A DNA stretch of 64,000 nucleotides from positions 42,160,001 to 42,224,000 of the forward strand of contig NC_043008.1 of NCBI RefSeq assembly GCF_006345805.1. The letters run 5' to 3'. The notes beneath the pieces are model-generated. The model worked only from the letters and a program-made list of their open reading frames with translations. It was not told the origin of the DNA and made no database searches. This document shows positions 38,687-54,132 of the stretch, in pieces. Position numbers and translations under genes: made by a program. Position 1 is the stretch's first letter; every line of letters starts with the position of its first letter. The stretch is from Octopus sinensis (lineage: Eukaryota).

Positions 38687-39309
38687 GTATATACCTGACC
38701 ATTGTAATGTCCTTGACCTCAGTATCTGTCATTATGACAGTTCTAGTGTTAAACCTTCACCATCGTGGACCAAGTAAACATGGTGTTCCCATCTGGATAC
38801 GAAAGGTTTTCCTCGAAAAGCTCTCACACTTTTTCTGTGTCAGCAGTGAACCGTCCTACAGCCACTGCTATTCCGATGATGGTCATTTCATTCGGAATGT
38901 CTCCCTGAAACTCACCCTTGAAAATATTGCTCAAGAACTTCAGAGTGAAATCCAGTTAGACAGCAAGATCACCGACACAGTTACAGTAGTGGAGTGTCAC
39001 GGCACGCGGATTGCCGAAAGATCTGAATGCTTGCACAATGTACACCAGAACGAAAACAATTTAAAACACTCAGAGCGGACCTCCTGGTCTCATGCGCGCA
39101 CCAACGAAGAAATATTGAAAGCCCTGCGAAGAATCATCGACAAACACGAAAGAGAAGATAGGGATTACGAAATGATGCAGGAATGGAGACGAGTAGCCCA
39201 AGTTGTAGACAGAATACTCTTCTGGATTTTTCTAATCGGGACTTCTGTCTCGACCTTAGCAGTCCTTGTAATATCACCATTAACGCGGTTCAAACTAACA
39301 CATTTCTGA
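38687..39309 (+). CDS. nAChR alpha-like subunit terminal coding exon: M3, intracellular loop, MA helix, M4, stop
   Basis: A polypyrimidine tract and ctag acceptor end at 38686. The exon encodes IYLTIVMSLTSVSVIMTVLVLNLHHR (M3), VPIWIRKVFL (MX) and EWRRVAQVVDRILFWIF (MA/M4), with TGA at 39307-39309. Confidence 0.96.
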
Positions 39310-42300
39310 GATAGAGAGAGTTGGAGGGGGAAGCAACAGGAAGCAGTTGGTCTAAGCGATAAACATAAAAATACCAATAGAAAGAGAGTTAGGGACGAAG
39401 CAACAGGAAGCTGTAGGGGTAAGGAATAGACAAAAAACATCAATAGAGTTGCTGTCAGACATATTGATTTCAGAAGAAATAAGTGGTAGCAGGTAGAAAT
39501 ATCGAAAATATTTTTGGTTTTCGAAAGAATTTTAGTTGTATCTTCCATTCTGCTTGTTTCTTCATTTGTTTATTTTTTAATTCCCAGACCAACAAAATAA
39601 ATTGTTTTACGAAAAGAAACAAAACTTCAGTATGTATCTATGAATATAGAATGTGTATCTAATCTCAAAACATTCCAAGAGAATATAGAAAATATGGATA
39701 ACAGATAATAATTTAGACAGGAAAACACATTTCAAAAATTCTTGTAATTTTGTCAGAATTTTAAGATATAGATTGTGACAAAATAAATTAAGAATTCCAG
39801 GATGTATTGCGAATTTTGAAAACATTCTTCTAATAAGTAATAATACTCTTGTATATCCTTATTTAGTAAATGCAAGCTTGTAAAAATATATAAAAATATT
39901 TGCATAACTATGAGCGATGTTTGAATAGGCGTTTTTAATAAGTTATTTTTAAACTTTTGTGAAAGTAAAAGTTTTAAAACTAATATAATACTATTATCAC
40001 TAAATTATTAAAGTAAGGAGTATAATTGTAATATTTGAAAATCAAAAGCAAAATACTAATATTTCTTGTTTCGAAACAAATGCAGCTTGACGAAAATAGT
40101 GTTAGTAGCCATCTTGAAATTAAAATATTTAAACGTTAGTTTGTTGTTATGCGATATATGGATGTTTTACATACATCACACATCTACATGCTAGATAATA
40201 TATAAAACAATTATAGAACTCTATTTTTTTATTTATTTAAGCTGTAGTAAATGTGGAAAGAGTTAAAAGCAATCTAGCCGTTCATGATTCGATGCCTAGT
40301 TCCACAGTTCTCTTGATACAAAAATAGCTTCACTGAAATTATATGGTATTCCAATACTCAGCATAAAACATTATGCATATATATATATACTGAGGGGACG
40401 CTGTCGCAGTGTCTATATGGATATTTTTTCTACATAAACGTGTGAGTAGATTTATATATGTAAGTTTTCAGAGGCTTTCACATGAATATAACTCGATTTG
40501 ATTATTTTCATGATAAACACGATAGGATACGCATTGTGCTCTAATTGTATAAATACAAAGATAGAGACGTGTATAGCTGTGAATTCTAAAATAACGTAAT
40601 GGCATTCTATATTTTTTGTTCATTTATTTCAATCATTTGCAAAACAATATAATATAACTGGCTCTAACGATTCTCCACTTAATAAGAAATATGAAGAGAA
40701 AACAATTGTCGAAGTTATGTTACCCCTGGGAACTGTTGGCTTGTTTTTACTGAAATATTTGTTTAACTTCACTTTTATAAAAATGCTACAAAGCGTTATA
40801 TACTTTGCAAAATAGCTTTTCTAGCTTAAAATTTGGAATCCTAGACTGAAAATATTTGCTTTCTAACCCAGTACTTAGCATAATTCTGTTAGCACAATGA
40901 TAATTATATGTTTTTAATTATCAATTTATTCCCTGAGTGAGAATTCCTTGAAATAGTGTAAATGTAATCTCTTGTTCTATTTAATAATGAAACCACATTT
41001 CTCTCAACGAAATTTCAATAGTTTGAAAACGTGGACCAAATTCCTAATTTGTCGACAGAATGCTTCACAATAAAGATGGAGTAATGGTCAAACTTAGGAC
41101 ATTATTCAAATAGCGGCATTACATACACGCACGCACACATGCACGTACACACATATACACGCACGCACACATAGACACTCTACGTGTTAATTCTGTTTAT
41201 GCAGTCACTTGTATCGATGTATTCTCCCGTAGACATTTGATGAACTATCTCCAATTAAAAGATATGTTTAATCACCTGTACCCGGATCAGCTCAACAGCA
41301 AAAATTATTCTAAATAATTTTAACCATTATTCTTTATTATGTTTCAATGAATTTTCAGAAGAATACTGAAAATATATTCAAACATATTCCTATTGGTGTA
41401 AATAATGGATGCTTGGAAGAAAACAATAGATTCGTTTATAAAACTTTGCTGGAAACTTTGCCAGTTCCTATGAGAAGGAACGAATATTTTCTCATTCACA
41501 TAACACCAAGAGAAACGGTATATGCTTCCACTCTACTCATTCCTAGGTTTTGATTTTAGAATTATATTTCTTTGCAGCATTAAACGTAAGGCATATTATT
41601 GGTCGCTCAGACCAATAATATGAAATAAACACATTCTTAACTCCACAACGGATCTAAATTTCTAAACATCCATTCTCAAATTCTATTAACATTTTTTGTT
41701 TTACTTTAGAATAATATTGTGTAAAATATTATGTTGTTCCGGGTATTAACAGAACACCGTTGATTGACTTCACTGTAACAATTCAGCGATAAAAGTCTAG
41801 TGATTCAGGACATGATTGTTTCAGCATAGCTTTGAAATTCAATCTTTAAAAAGATCAGGACTTCTATATAATGTTGTGAACTGGAATATATTAATCTAGA
41901 ATTTTCATGGAATGAATGTAGCATAGTTCCATATATTTAATAGATTCATTGATGTTATTTATTCTGTGATATCGACAATCATGTTATGGCGGAAGATTTG
42001 AATTAAGTGTTTGTGGTTCTGCGCATGTGTGTATCGGTCTGCTTGTGTGTGTGAGCATTTGCGTTTGTAAACCACATACGCACTTTGATAAACTTATGCT
42101 TCTAAATTCAGCAATCAAGAAAATGATCTTCCTCTTGCCTGATTTCTCTCCTCGTTATCTTACACATATGCCTCCATACACTACTTTTCATTATCTCTGT
42201 CTTCCCGTTTGTCTCTCCCTGTCTCGTTTCTCTGTCCCTCTCTCTCTCTCTCTTTTTCTCCCTCTCTCTCTTTCTCTGCTTTAGCAGTTCAATATCTGTT

Positions 42301-42925
42301 GCTATTTCCCATAGAATTAACTTTCTATTTCCTACGAATAATCCCAATCAAATCATAAAGCTTTGTACGTTTCTAAAACGCAACTGCTATATAATCAGCC
42401 ATTCCCACCCCTGACATCCATCACAGTTAAGATTAAAACAGATTACCTGCAGGGAATTTGTCACTAACTCGGTTTTAATCCCTAATCCAGAATCCGGGCT
42501 GAATCAAGATTGAAACCATTTTCACTTCTATTCCACCATTTCTCTCTTACCATATATAAGAATGGCATGAATACCACAACCTCATAGCTCTTTCGAAATA
42601 TCAGAGGTCTCATGAGTAATGAACAACCTCCGTTAGGAATGATAATAAACTTTATCAAAATTAGAATGAGTTGCGCGTTTCCGTACGCAAATCCTCTGTG
42701 TCACGTTCCATTATCTGTACAACATTTCGTGATCGATTAGAGAAGCACAAACTAGAATCGACTACAAATTGATGTCTATCTGGCAACGTAAGTAAATATA
42801 CATTAGCCTAAGTATACTAGTTAACGCCATAGCAAGAAAATGTTCCCAAACTCGAGTAGACTTAATTTTTTTCATATAAATAGTCATCGATGTTCATTCT
42901 GTCCCACGTTTACACCAAATATACA

Positions 42926-42980
<55 letters not shown>

Positions 42981-43208
42981 ATAGAAATTGCAAGACAACA
43001 GAAGAATGAAAGACACCTCGGTATTATGTAGATAGAGGAATTTATCTGTAAATATATGTGAAAATTATTCGGTAACCATGATAAAACTCCGAATATATAT
43101 ATATATATATACATATATAAAAGCACGCATACATATATTCATATGTATATATATATACAACATACATGTATATATACATAGGTACATATCTATATATACA
43201 TATATACA

Positions 43209-43259
<51 letters not shown>

Positions 43260-44357
43260 ACACATATATCTATCTGTATATATGTGTATGTATATGCGTG
43301 CACGTATGTATTATGTATATATAAAACGCTCACATTATGATATATAGTAATTCCGTGTAATGTGTTAGTGTGCGCATGCGTGCTTTTTACAAATTTATTA
43401 CGTAAGTTTTTGTCACATGTTTAATACAACTAAGACTTACCCCACTCCTCAACACACACACCAAAATTAAAACAAACAGAATTTACATTAAATCATAGCC
43501 TTCCTATCACTCCTGGCAAACTTCCAAACCTGCTCTTACGTTCGACGACACGACCGTTCTACTACGGCTCCTGCTGTTGCTGCTGACGGCGATGATGACG
43601 GCAGTGGTGTTGGTGATGATGATGAAGATGATGATGATGATGATGATAATGATGATGATGCACTCACTGCAGTAACTGTGCTAGCGGCAAGTGAATGCAA
43701 TGTAGGGTACCTAGATCTCTATGTGGAATGCTTCCAGCTGATTAAGAAATAGATTTCATTGTTGTTGCATTGAACACACACACACACACATACTCACACA
43801 CACACATATACACACACACATATCCAGTTTCATTTGCATATGTTCAAATTATTACGTCACTTTAGTATGTCGTCCTGTCTGTGACGTCTTCTCTGTTTCA
43901 TCGAAAGTCTCTGAATGGCTGGCAGGAAGTAAATATTTTCTGTAAAGCGAAACATGCCTGCATCAAGTTCTGCTTCGTTTGGAAGCTAAATCAAACCCCA
44001 TAAAACAATACCTGATCGAACATGTTATCGAACACACTAACTATCTACCACTAAGTTAAATCCGATTCAATGTAAACCTAAGATACAAATATGCTATTAA
44101 TAGAACGGGTTTACACTTCGAAATAGCAAGTACAACTTTTTTCCAAATAATTTATACAATTATACATATTAAGATGGCTTCTATACTTTACATTATCGAG
44201 CGATTATTGTTTACATCTCATTCTGAGATTTAATAATGCTTATACAACTTAGTTTGCCGTGAATTATAAGATTTCAACTTTCAAATTTAGTGCTTTGTCA
44301 AGAACGTGGTACATTACGTCAATATATAGATTTCAGTATATATATATATATAGATAT

Positions 44358-44393
<36 letters not shown>

Positions 44394-45800
44394 CGGTTTC
44401 AGTAGTTGTTGAGTTTTGTATTCTCTTTGTTTTCTGCGGGTGTATCATCCTTGTCTTTTGTAGTTCTAAACGATATCACAATTAACTAATTATGAAATTA
44501 ATTCCCTTTCTCCTTTCCCCTGCCAAACACATTCCTTTTCTCATTCGCTCTCTCTTTCTCTGCAAACAGATTTGTGTGTGATAGAGAGAGATAGACACAC
44601 AGTCAGACAGACACACAAACAAAGATAGAGATAGAGTGAGAGAGGCGGGAATGGACAGAGAGATTGATAGATCACATGTTCCTAATACACTACTGTACAA
44701 AAATATACCGACAGGAAACATACATAGTAACCACAATATACTTATAAACTCCACTGACATACAAATATATACACATACACACAGACATACACACAAACAC
44801 AGACACACACACAAACACACACACACACACTCATACACACACATATATATATATACGTGTGTGTATACGTGCGCAAAAATGTGTGTTTGTGGTGTGTTTG
44901 TGAAAAATACGATTATATTCTACTATTACCCTATTTTCATAAACGATTTTACAGTTTAAATTTAAACAATATGGCAGATCACTCTCTGGATCCCTTGTAG
45001 GCTAAAAATAGACGTTGAGAACACAGATTTAGTGGTAAGATGGTTTGACGTCTGTTTTTAGCATACAAAGTATCTACATAGTGATCTCTCATATTGTTTA
45101 TATTTAAATAGAATTCACGGTCCTCGGATATTTTTAAGTATTCTGACCACTGGGTGAAACTGATATTATTTCATAATATTATCTAACATTAATTTTATAT
45201 GTTATTTAATAATATTAATTTTTACTCACTATTTTACAATTATTATCTGAGTTTTTAGATTTTCACACCTTCATCATCTGGACATGAAATATAGTTGGTT
45301 TCTAAATTATCTATTTTATATTAGGCGAATTCATGACGATTCTACCAGCGAAAATTTTGATCGTTATGCTTGCACGTAGATATATATCAGTTAATATACC
45401 CATTAAAACTAATCATCTATGGTCTTAATAATCAAATCCAATATTTGTATAAGAAATCATATACATATACAAATACACTTAGAAGCTTACGCACATGTAT
45501 ACAATCATACATACATATGATCACGTGTTGTTGCATTCCATTCAGTGCTTCATATTAAATTTTATATTCTTGTAGCAGAAATAATTATTCTTTCCTAAAT
45601 AAGTTCTAAATAAGTGTTACCAATATTTAAATGCAAGTAAAAACAATATAGAAACTTATGTAGATTGTAAAGTTAAATTAGTGGTTAAAAAATACCTCAA
45701 GTCAGAATAAACTCAACGGAACAAAAACATTACTAAAATGCGTCGAATATTTACAAAGGACATCGTTATTTTTTCCAATTACCAATTTGTATCTGTGTGC

Positions 45801-45852
<52 letters not shown>

Positions 45853-45886
45853 GGACGTAATGAATATATATTATGTAATATGCACA

Positions 45887-45947
<61 letters not shown>

Positions 45948-46933
45948 CCCTCATTTATCTGTACTTAATAACAATCCGTGTAAGCAGACTAAAATAAACA
46001 GAAGGAGATCAGCCGAGGAAAGATGGAAGGAAACTAGCAAACGTTGCTTTAGAAGTTATCATAATAAATTTTCCGCCATTATTATTTTCATCATTTTATT
46101 TAGTGTCTGTTAAAGACGACGAAGCTTAAGCATACATAATAGAAATAATTTGTTTGCTAGACCAAATTCTTCTTCTCTGGTGGAATATTCTACTCGAAAA
46201 GACATCGTCTTGCTGAACTATAAGAATGAATAACAATAAATAGAATAATAAATAATATGATAACTAATATCTGCTCCGCCATTGAATAATACCGAGCAGA
46301 CCTCGCTGGAAATTGCTGAGTTAATCGTAATATTTTTTTAATATATAAGAGCCAAATAATATTGGCATTTTATTAAACTCTCACGCATACATAGAAATAC
46401 ACACAGGTATATATTTATACGCTCGTGGACATATACACATATTATTGAATTTTCTACTTCCCATATATGTTTTACACTTCAAAGTATAAAAAAGTCTTTC
46501 GTTGCACACTACCAGCCAAGCCGCTCATTGACGTTATGAAATTAGGAAAAGAAAAAAAAATAAGAACAGCGGAATTGAATAAAGCAGACGATAAAATAAT
46601 AATGTGTGTGTGTATATGTGTATGTAAATGTTTGTGGGTGAATATGTGCGCTTGTGTGTCTGTGCCTGTATGTGTGTGAGTAAGAGAAAGTGTGAGTGAG
46701 AGAGAGAGAGAGATAACACAATAGGTAACCCAACAAAACTCGAGCGAAACGAAATTTTTAACTGCTGTAATGCGTAACTTCAGAACAAATCCACTCAATG
46801 ACCATTTCAAAGACAAGAATATAGGAATATATTTGCAAATTTAGACATACTTGTTTTCTTTTAATATGCCAAATTTTTTTATCTTCCTATGTACATGCCG
46901 GTCACTTATATACAGACATATATAAATATGTAT

Positions 46934-46992
<59 letters not shown>

Positions 46993-47034
46993 CTTTATAT
47001 GTGTTTATGTATATATACTATATATATATACTAT

Positions 47035-47090
<56 letters not shown>

Positions 47091-47126
47091 TATATATATA
47101 TGAACTTATATATGTATATATATATA

Positions 47127-47174
<48 letters not shown>

Positions 47175-47589
47175 GATATATATGCATATAGTTTGCACAA
47201 AACTTGTAGCTTATGTAACAAAACAGTTTTATGACAAAAAGGCAAGGATAAAAATATGTCAATAAATTTCTTTAGGTTCTCTAAGTCCGCTTGCTACTGC
47301 TACTACTGTTGCTTCTTAGTATCAAAAATCTCTTACAGAATCTCGTTTATTGAAGAGTCGCTTTCTATGCTCATTGATGTGTTAGTTATTGACACACGAA
47401 CAAAAAAAATTAAACATGGTTGTGAAATTTACAAAGAAAGAGACCGTGTAAAAAAAAATATAAAAAGGAAAAGAATTATCAGATATGTGTCCGTTTGGAT
47501 TTAACAATTTGATGAATAAAAAAGTACAAATAGCAGCAAGAACAAACCCTATGTTTATTATACATACCACATGCATATATACATATATA

Positions 47590-47642
<53 letters not shown>

Positions 47643-47666
47643 TATATGGATATATATGTGTGTATG

Positions 47667-47713
<47 letters not shown>

Positions 47714-48557
47714 TATGTCTGTACATGTGTATATATAATATATAATATATATGCATACATACCATACATACCATACATACATACATATATATACATACAT
47801 TTACATACATATTATATCTTTTCAAAAATGCTGCTATGAGGAAAATAATCATTATTAATATGAATCGCAAACATGGCAATTATGGAAATAATGCCAAATG
47901 CTAACACGGATAAAGATAAAAAGGAAATTATTAATGAAAAGCTTTATTGAAATACTAATTGCAATGGTCATTATAATCGTGTTAATGGTGATTACGAAAT
48001 GGACCGACGATGACGACAATGAAGAGGACGGTGGCGTTGATGAAGAAGACGATGACAACGATTAGTAATGTGATGAAGTTGAGGAAAAGGAAGAGGAACA
48101 AGAAGGCAACGATTCCTAAAACAAAAACAATTTACAGCAAAAGAGAAAAATCTACAGACATTCAATAAAACAAATGAAAAAATTCATATTCAGATAAAAA
48201 AAAATGTGAAAGACGAATTTACTGATGAGGATGATAATGGTGATGTTGTTATGACAATGATTGTGAACAAGCCGACTGTTGATCATACCGATGCCGACGA
48301 TAATAATGATTACTGTGATGATAATGTTGTTTATGGCAACGATGGTAATCATGAAGATGATAATAATGGTGCGCTGTATATTGAGGAAAACCATTTTGCA
48401 TTCAAATGGATTGTGAATTTACAATCAAATTACTATTTAATAGAAAACATAGTACCACTGTATATATTAATCTTTGTGATACTGTCTATTGAATGTATCT
48501 ATTTACGAGCATCTACTTGTCTACATGCATATAATACGTATACATATGTGTGTGTGC

Positions 48558-48595
<38 letters not shown>

Positions 48596-48923
48596 TATAT
48601 ATATATAACTATATATATATATATTATACTTATATATATACACATATATATAGCATACATATACCTGTTTATCTATACATACATACATATATATATGTAA
48701 CTATAATATATATATTATATATATATTGTTGGATTATGTTTAGTACTAAAACATGAAGTCGACAGATACACGATGATGGTGGAAGAGTGTTTGGTCTAGA
48801 AGCATTCTTTTTATGTGTTAACTGGAGATTTTTATCCATATCCTGGTTTCACACAACGCACTTGTCACAAACACATTTATACATACACACAGTATATGAT
48901 ACATACTATATGGTTTTATATAT

Positions 48924-48974
<51 letters not shown>

Positions 48975-49019
48975 TACACATATATATGTATGCATATATA
49001 CGCAAAAACATATACATGC

Positions 49020-49076
<57 letters not shown>

Positions 49077-49627
49077 TATATATATATATATATATATGTA
49101 TGTATATATATATGTATATATGTATTTATGTATATGTATATTATAATGCTAATCAACTGTTGAATCATTGAAAAACTGAATACATCTATTATATTTAGTT
49201 GTTGAAATTTGTATTTATTATCAATTTATTGAAATTTCTACCCAGTGACTTTTGCTTCAAGTTTACGTAATCATTTCTGTGCCCTGTACGGTTTACATTG
49301 ATCAACTCGGGTTCAAAGAACCCTAATGCTCTACAGCCAAACTATCACATCCAGAAACCGCCCAGAATGCAAAATGCAAAAATCATGCTTGTTGTAAATC
49401 ACCATCTACATACCATACTTACATACATACATATTTACATACATACAAAATATATATATATATATATTCATATATATATGCATATATATATATATATAGA
49501 TATATATATATAATACATATATGCATATTATATATTATATATATATATATTATATATATATATAATTATATAATATATACATTATATATATATATAGATA
49601 TGTCTGTGTATATATATTATATATACA

Positions 49628-49658
<31 letters not shown>

Positions 49659-50262
49659 CCATTGGCTTGCTATTTAACAGACTTGCTCAGCTGCTTATGT
49701 TCCCCATTCTTATTTCTCTAATTACAATTTCTTTCAACTTTTACCCCATTTTCGTTTTTTGGGTTCTTTTTATTGTTGTTTTATTTGCTTTCGGTGAAGT
49801 TCGATTTTTTTCCATTCCCAAAAAGAGAGAAAAAAAATCACCAGTATTTCAAAATATCATTTTCCTGACACAACTGTATTTTATTACAAAACTTATTATT
49901 GATTTTTCAGTTTATTTTGTATATTGCCCAAGTGTTTGCAATTTTCATTTGGTTTTAATTTTCTTATTTCCATGATAATGTTTTTCTCATATTGGACCTG
50001 CGATGTTTAGTTTTGTTTTGTTAACGTCACTTATAATCATGGTATATTTACTATTGCTCTCTGCTACTATTATTGTTGTTGTTGTTGTTGCTGTTGTTGT
50101 TATTATTATTATTTCATGCAAACTCACAGCTAATTTTGTTGGGTATGATAGAAAGTGTCAGCTGTCCAAAGCCGATAGATTTATTTACTGATCAAGAACC
50201 CTGCAAAGAACCCTGCGAAAATGTCTTACCGTTCCAAGCAATTATTATTATTATTATTATTA

Positions 50263-50313
<51 letters not shown>

Positions 50314-50352
50314 GTATTATGATTATTATTATTATTAATATTATCATTATTT

Positions 50353-50389
<37 letters not shown>

Positions 50390-51264
50390 TATTATTTTTA
50401 TTATTAGTATTATGTCTATGTTTATTATTATCATTATTATGTTTATTACTATGATGGTGATCGGTGGACGATCAGAAAACTTCGTTTTCCATCTTTAAGT
50501 GTTGAATCACCTGAAGCCCCTGTCGAGAATTAGGACCAATACAACTGTGTTTCGCTCCTATCCGCTGCCAATAAATGTGTTGTTTCTCTCCATGACGTCA
50601 GTTTGCTGTCCTTACTTTGAAGACCATCGTACATAGTGTACATATCTTAAGACGACTAATTAATGATTTATCAAAAATTTAATCCGACCAGGACTAGAGT
50701 CATTTTAGCTAGAACTGTTATTGTCGATATTAACGAAATCCAGTCAAGTGATTTCACCAGCTGTTTTAATAATTATGAAATTGAGACCTAGAGGAAACAC
50801 AGCCACTGTGTACAAGATGAACGGATACAATAGTAACTCTGTGAATATGAATTTAATAGCAAAAATGTCCAAAGTTTAGAGACCAATATACAAATCGTAG
50901 AGTGAAACGCGACAACTAAATGTTTGCTTGATCCACAAATTTATATTTCGAGTCTTCTCAATTATAGCGGTAACCACATACACACACAAACATACACACA
51001 CACACACACAAACTCACACACACACGCACACACACACACTCACTCACGCTCACACACACACTTACATAACACAAACACAGAGGAGAAAGAAACTTCCTTG
51101 TATTATGTCCAAACTTTAATGCCGACAAAAATATTCACCTGAGAATCGCAGGTGCGTGAAACTCGTATAGCGAGGGTATGAAGACATAAAATATGTTTGT
51201 GCCTGTATATATGTGCATGCGTGCGTTGTTGTGAGTATGTGTGTATGTGTGTGTGTATGTGTGT

Positions 51265-51300
<36 letters not shown>

Positions 51301-52777
51301 AACGCATCAATGGCTGACACCCTTTTGCTACTGAAAGCTTCATTCACGTGGAATGTGTAAAATCGAATGAACAGTAGCAGAGGAATATCCGCAAAATATG
51401 ACTTCATTATTCGAGGCAACTCACGTGGTTCAATATGTGGGCGACCCTATAAGTCTTTGTTTACTGGAGTATACTACTAAGGTCGAAAGGAAAGAACATT
51501 CCAGATGCTTGATCAATGTCAATGAGCAGTTACTCCGGGTGCTTGTTGAACTTGCTTCCTTTAGGTTTTGTATCTGAGGTCCATAGGTTTTCGAATGTGT
51601 GTAACTGTCTAAAAGATGATAATAACTCGACAGTATTTCAACTTTCCGGTCAAGTGATTTCACCGTCTGTTTTAATAATCGGGACTTTTCTGCTAGACAC
51701 AGCCTGCACTAATGGGGTACTGAAATGAAATATGATATAACTATCATATTTCGACGTTGCATCATGTTATTGAAATAGGATCCTATTCTTGGCTCTTGAG
51801 ATTTTAGATAAATAGGAACATGTAGGTATCGTTTTCTTTAACGTAAATGTATATAAATGTATATAAAACATTTGAATGTTTGCTGTGAATCTTAGGCATT
51901 TCCAGTCAATACCGCCCGACTGTTTTCGATTCTATACACATATTGCTGCTTTAACTGTTTTGGAAAAATAACAAGCTGTCAGCGAGCATCTCTGACGATT
52001 TAGGTTGTTACATGTGGGCCACTGTGTGTGTGGTGCGGGTGGAAATTTTACTTTACTCTCTTTGTGATCTGGAAAGTGATGTTATCAAGGCAGGAACTGC
52101 AGACTTTAATGTTATTGGTGTTGAACAGATTATCATGTATCCGTATACATGTGCATGTGTGCGTAAATACTCAAATTACATAAATCTGAATGTAAGTTAA
52201 GAATTATGGAACAACATACAGTTTTTAGTGTCACTACTTTGCTTCGCCGAGCTTTACTTTGATGCTATTCCACTGCACCGTGTCAGCCTTAACCGATCAA
52301 ACTTACGGTAAACGGCGCCTTTCAAATAAACGGTAAATACTGGGAACTTCTATTTGTACAACAGTTTGCTTTACATTTGTGAGAGGACTTTGTGCCTGAG
52401 GTGTAACTGATGCTGATGCTGACAAATCTAACGTTTGAAATTCATTGATGCGCGGTTTCACTGAGCTTTTCTGAGATATGCTTTGAGTTCGATTGTTGAA
52501 AACCAACTCGAAGCAATCTCCTTGGATATTGGAGAGACACTCGCGATGTGATTCATTTCCGTTATCCTGACTCCAGTTATTTGCTTTTGCTGGGGTCATA
52601 ATAGTTCCTGGATACATCCAGGAATAATACAAAGTCAAAGACAGAGCAGCAAATAACTGCACGCCATACGCAGACACACACACACATACACACACGCATT
52701 ATATGTCTATATACATATAGGCATGTATATTATGAACACATATATACCATCATTTATATATGTATATATAATATAGT

Positions 52778-52849
<72 letters not shown>

Positions 52850-54079
52850 GAGAGAGAGAGAGATACATAGATAGATAGACAAAGAGATAGACAGACATAC
52901 ATAATACACCTTGCAGGTGTATTACTTTGACGCTCGGGAAGTAAAGAGTTTATATATATCGGAAAAGGTCTTATATATATATATATATATATATCTATAT
53001 ATATATATATATATAGCTTATATATATATATAGTATAATATTATATATATATATACATATATATCGTTAACTGTTATCTCTTGTAAATTTCATAAGTGCA
53101 AATTCTAAAATCTTTCGATGAAGTCATTCAGCTGGTGAACATAATTAACATCAGTTATTTAAACTTTATTTTTGAATTGTACATATGAAATTATTTGACT
53201 TAAAAACTGTGGTTAGCTGTCTGTGTGCGTGCCTATATAGCTATGTACCTATTCAGTCAGTATATGTCACTCTACGCATGCGTACGCACAGATGTGTGGG
53301 TAAACTTAAAACAGACAATACTCTATATTGTAAAGATGTTTGTAAAGAATTTATGCGAAAGACCAACAACATCTAAGCTTCTTGCAAGAGACGGCACGAT
53401 ATTTTCGAAACTCTCTTGCTTAAAATTCTTTTCGAATGACATAAATTCCATTCAGCTTGGAGGCGCTAATCAGGAACATTAAAGATTTCTTTTGGTCAAT
53501 CCGCAGCGCCAGTCTCCAGCCATACAATACCGATTTATGGCCGACATATTTTATACTTATCCTCTGTTATTGCTATTGTGTTATCAAGGAAGCGTAAGTA
53601 CTTGTAAAACTTATTAAGCTGTGTCCAACTTCAACCTGTGAATACGTGTATACACCTCACAAACCACATCAGGTCTGCTTAACATTTTAAATACATTTCT
53701 TGTAATTTATATATTAACTCTAATGGAGACTTGCTGGAGAAAATCTTTGTTATTACAATGAAATTCTAAGCTGTTCTCCACATATCTCTTTAAATATTCT
53801 CATAAATATTGGATTATATGGAAGTCGCATTTAAAGCAAATTTCGTCCAACGAATATTGCTATAGACTCAAAGAATGGCGTTATAATCTAATTGGACATA
53901 TTTTCATTCAATATTCTTGCAGTTAGGAAGTAAACATACATTGTGATGTGTGTGTGTGCGTCTGTGGTGTATGTATGTATATGTAGGTATTCGTGTATGT
54001 ATGTTGTCGAATGTTGTATATATACATATATGTATATATGTATGTATATATGTATGTATGTATATATATAAATATATAG

Positions 54080-54132
<53 letters not shown>

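Noticed and set aside
37382-39309. Calling the gene a cephalopod chemotactile receptor or an anion-selective AChR
   Set aside because: It retains the vicinal CC, the loop A Tyr, the loop B Trp and the cationic GEK motif, and there is no tandem paralogue in the window. I gave no gene symbol because orthology cannot be fixed by eye.
42975-43091. Short (TA)n-flanked insert resembling a Penelope-like terminal fragment
   Set aside because: No ribozyme core and no second copy is visible in the window.
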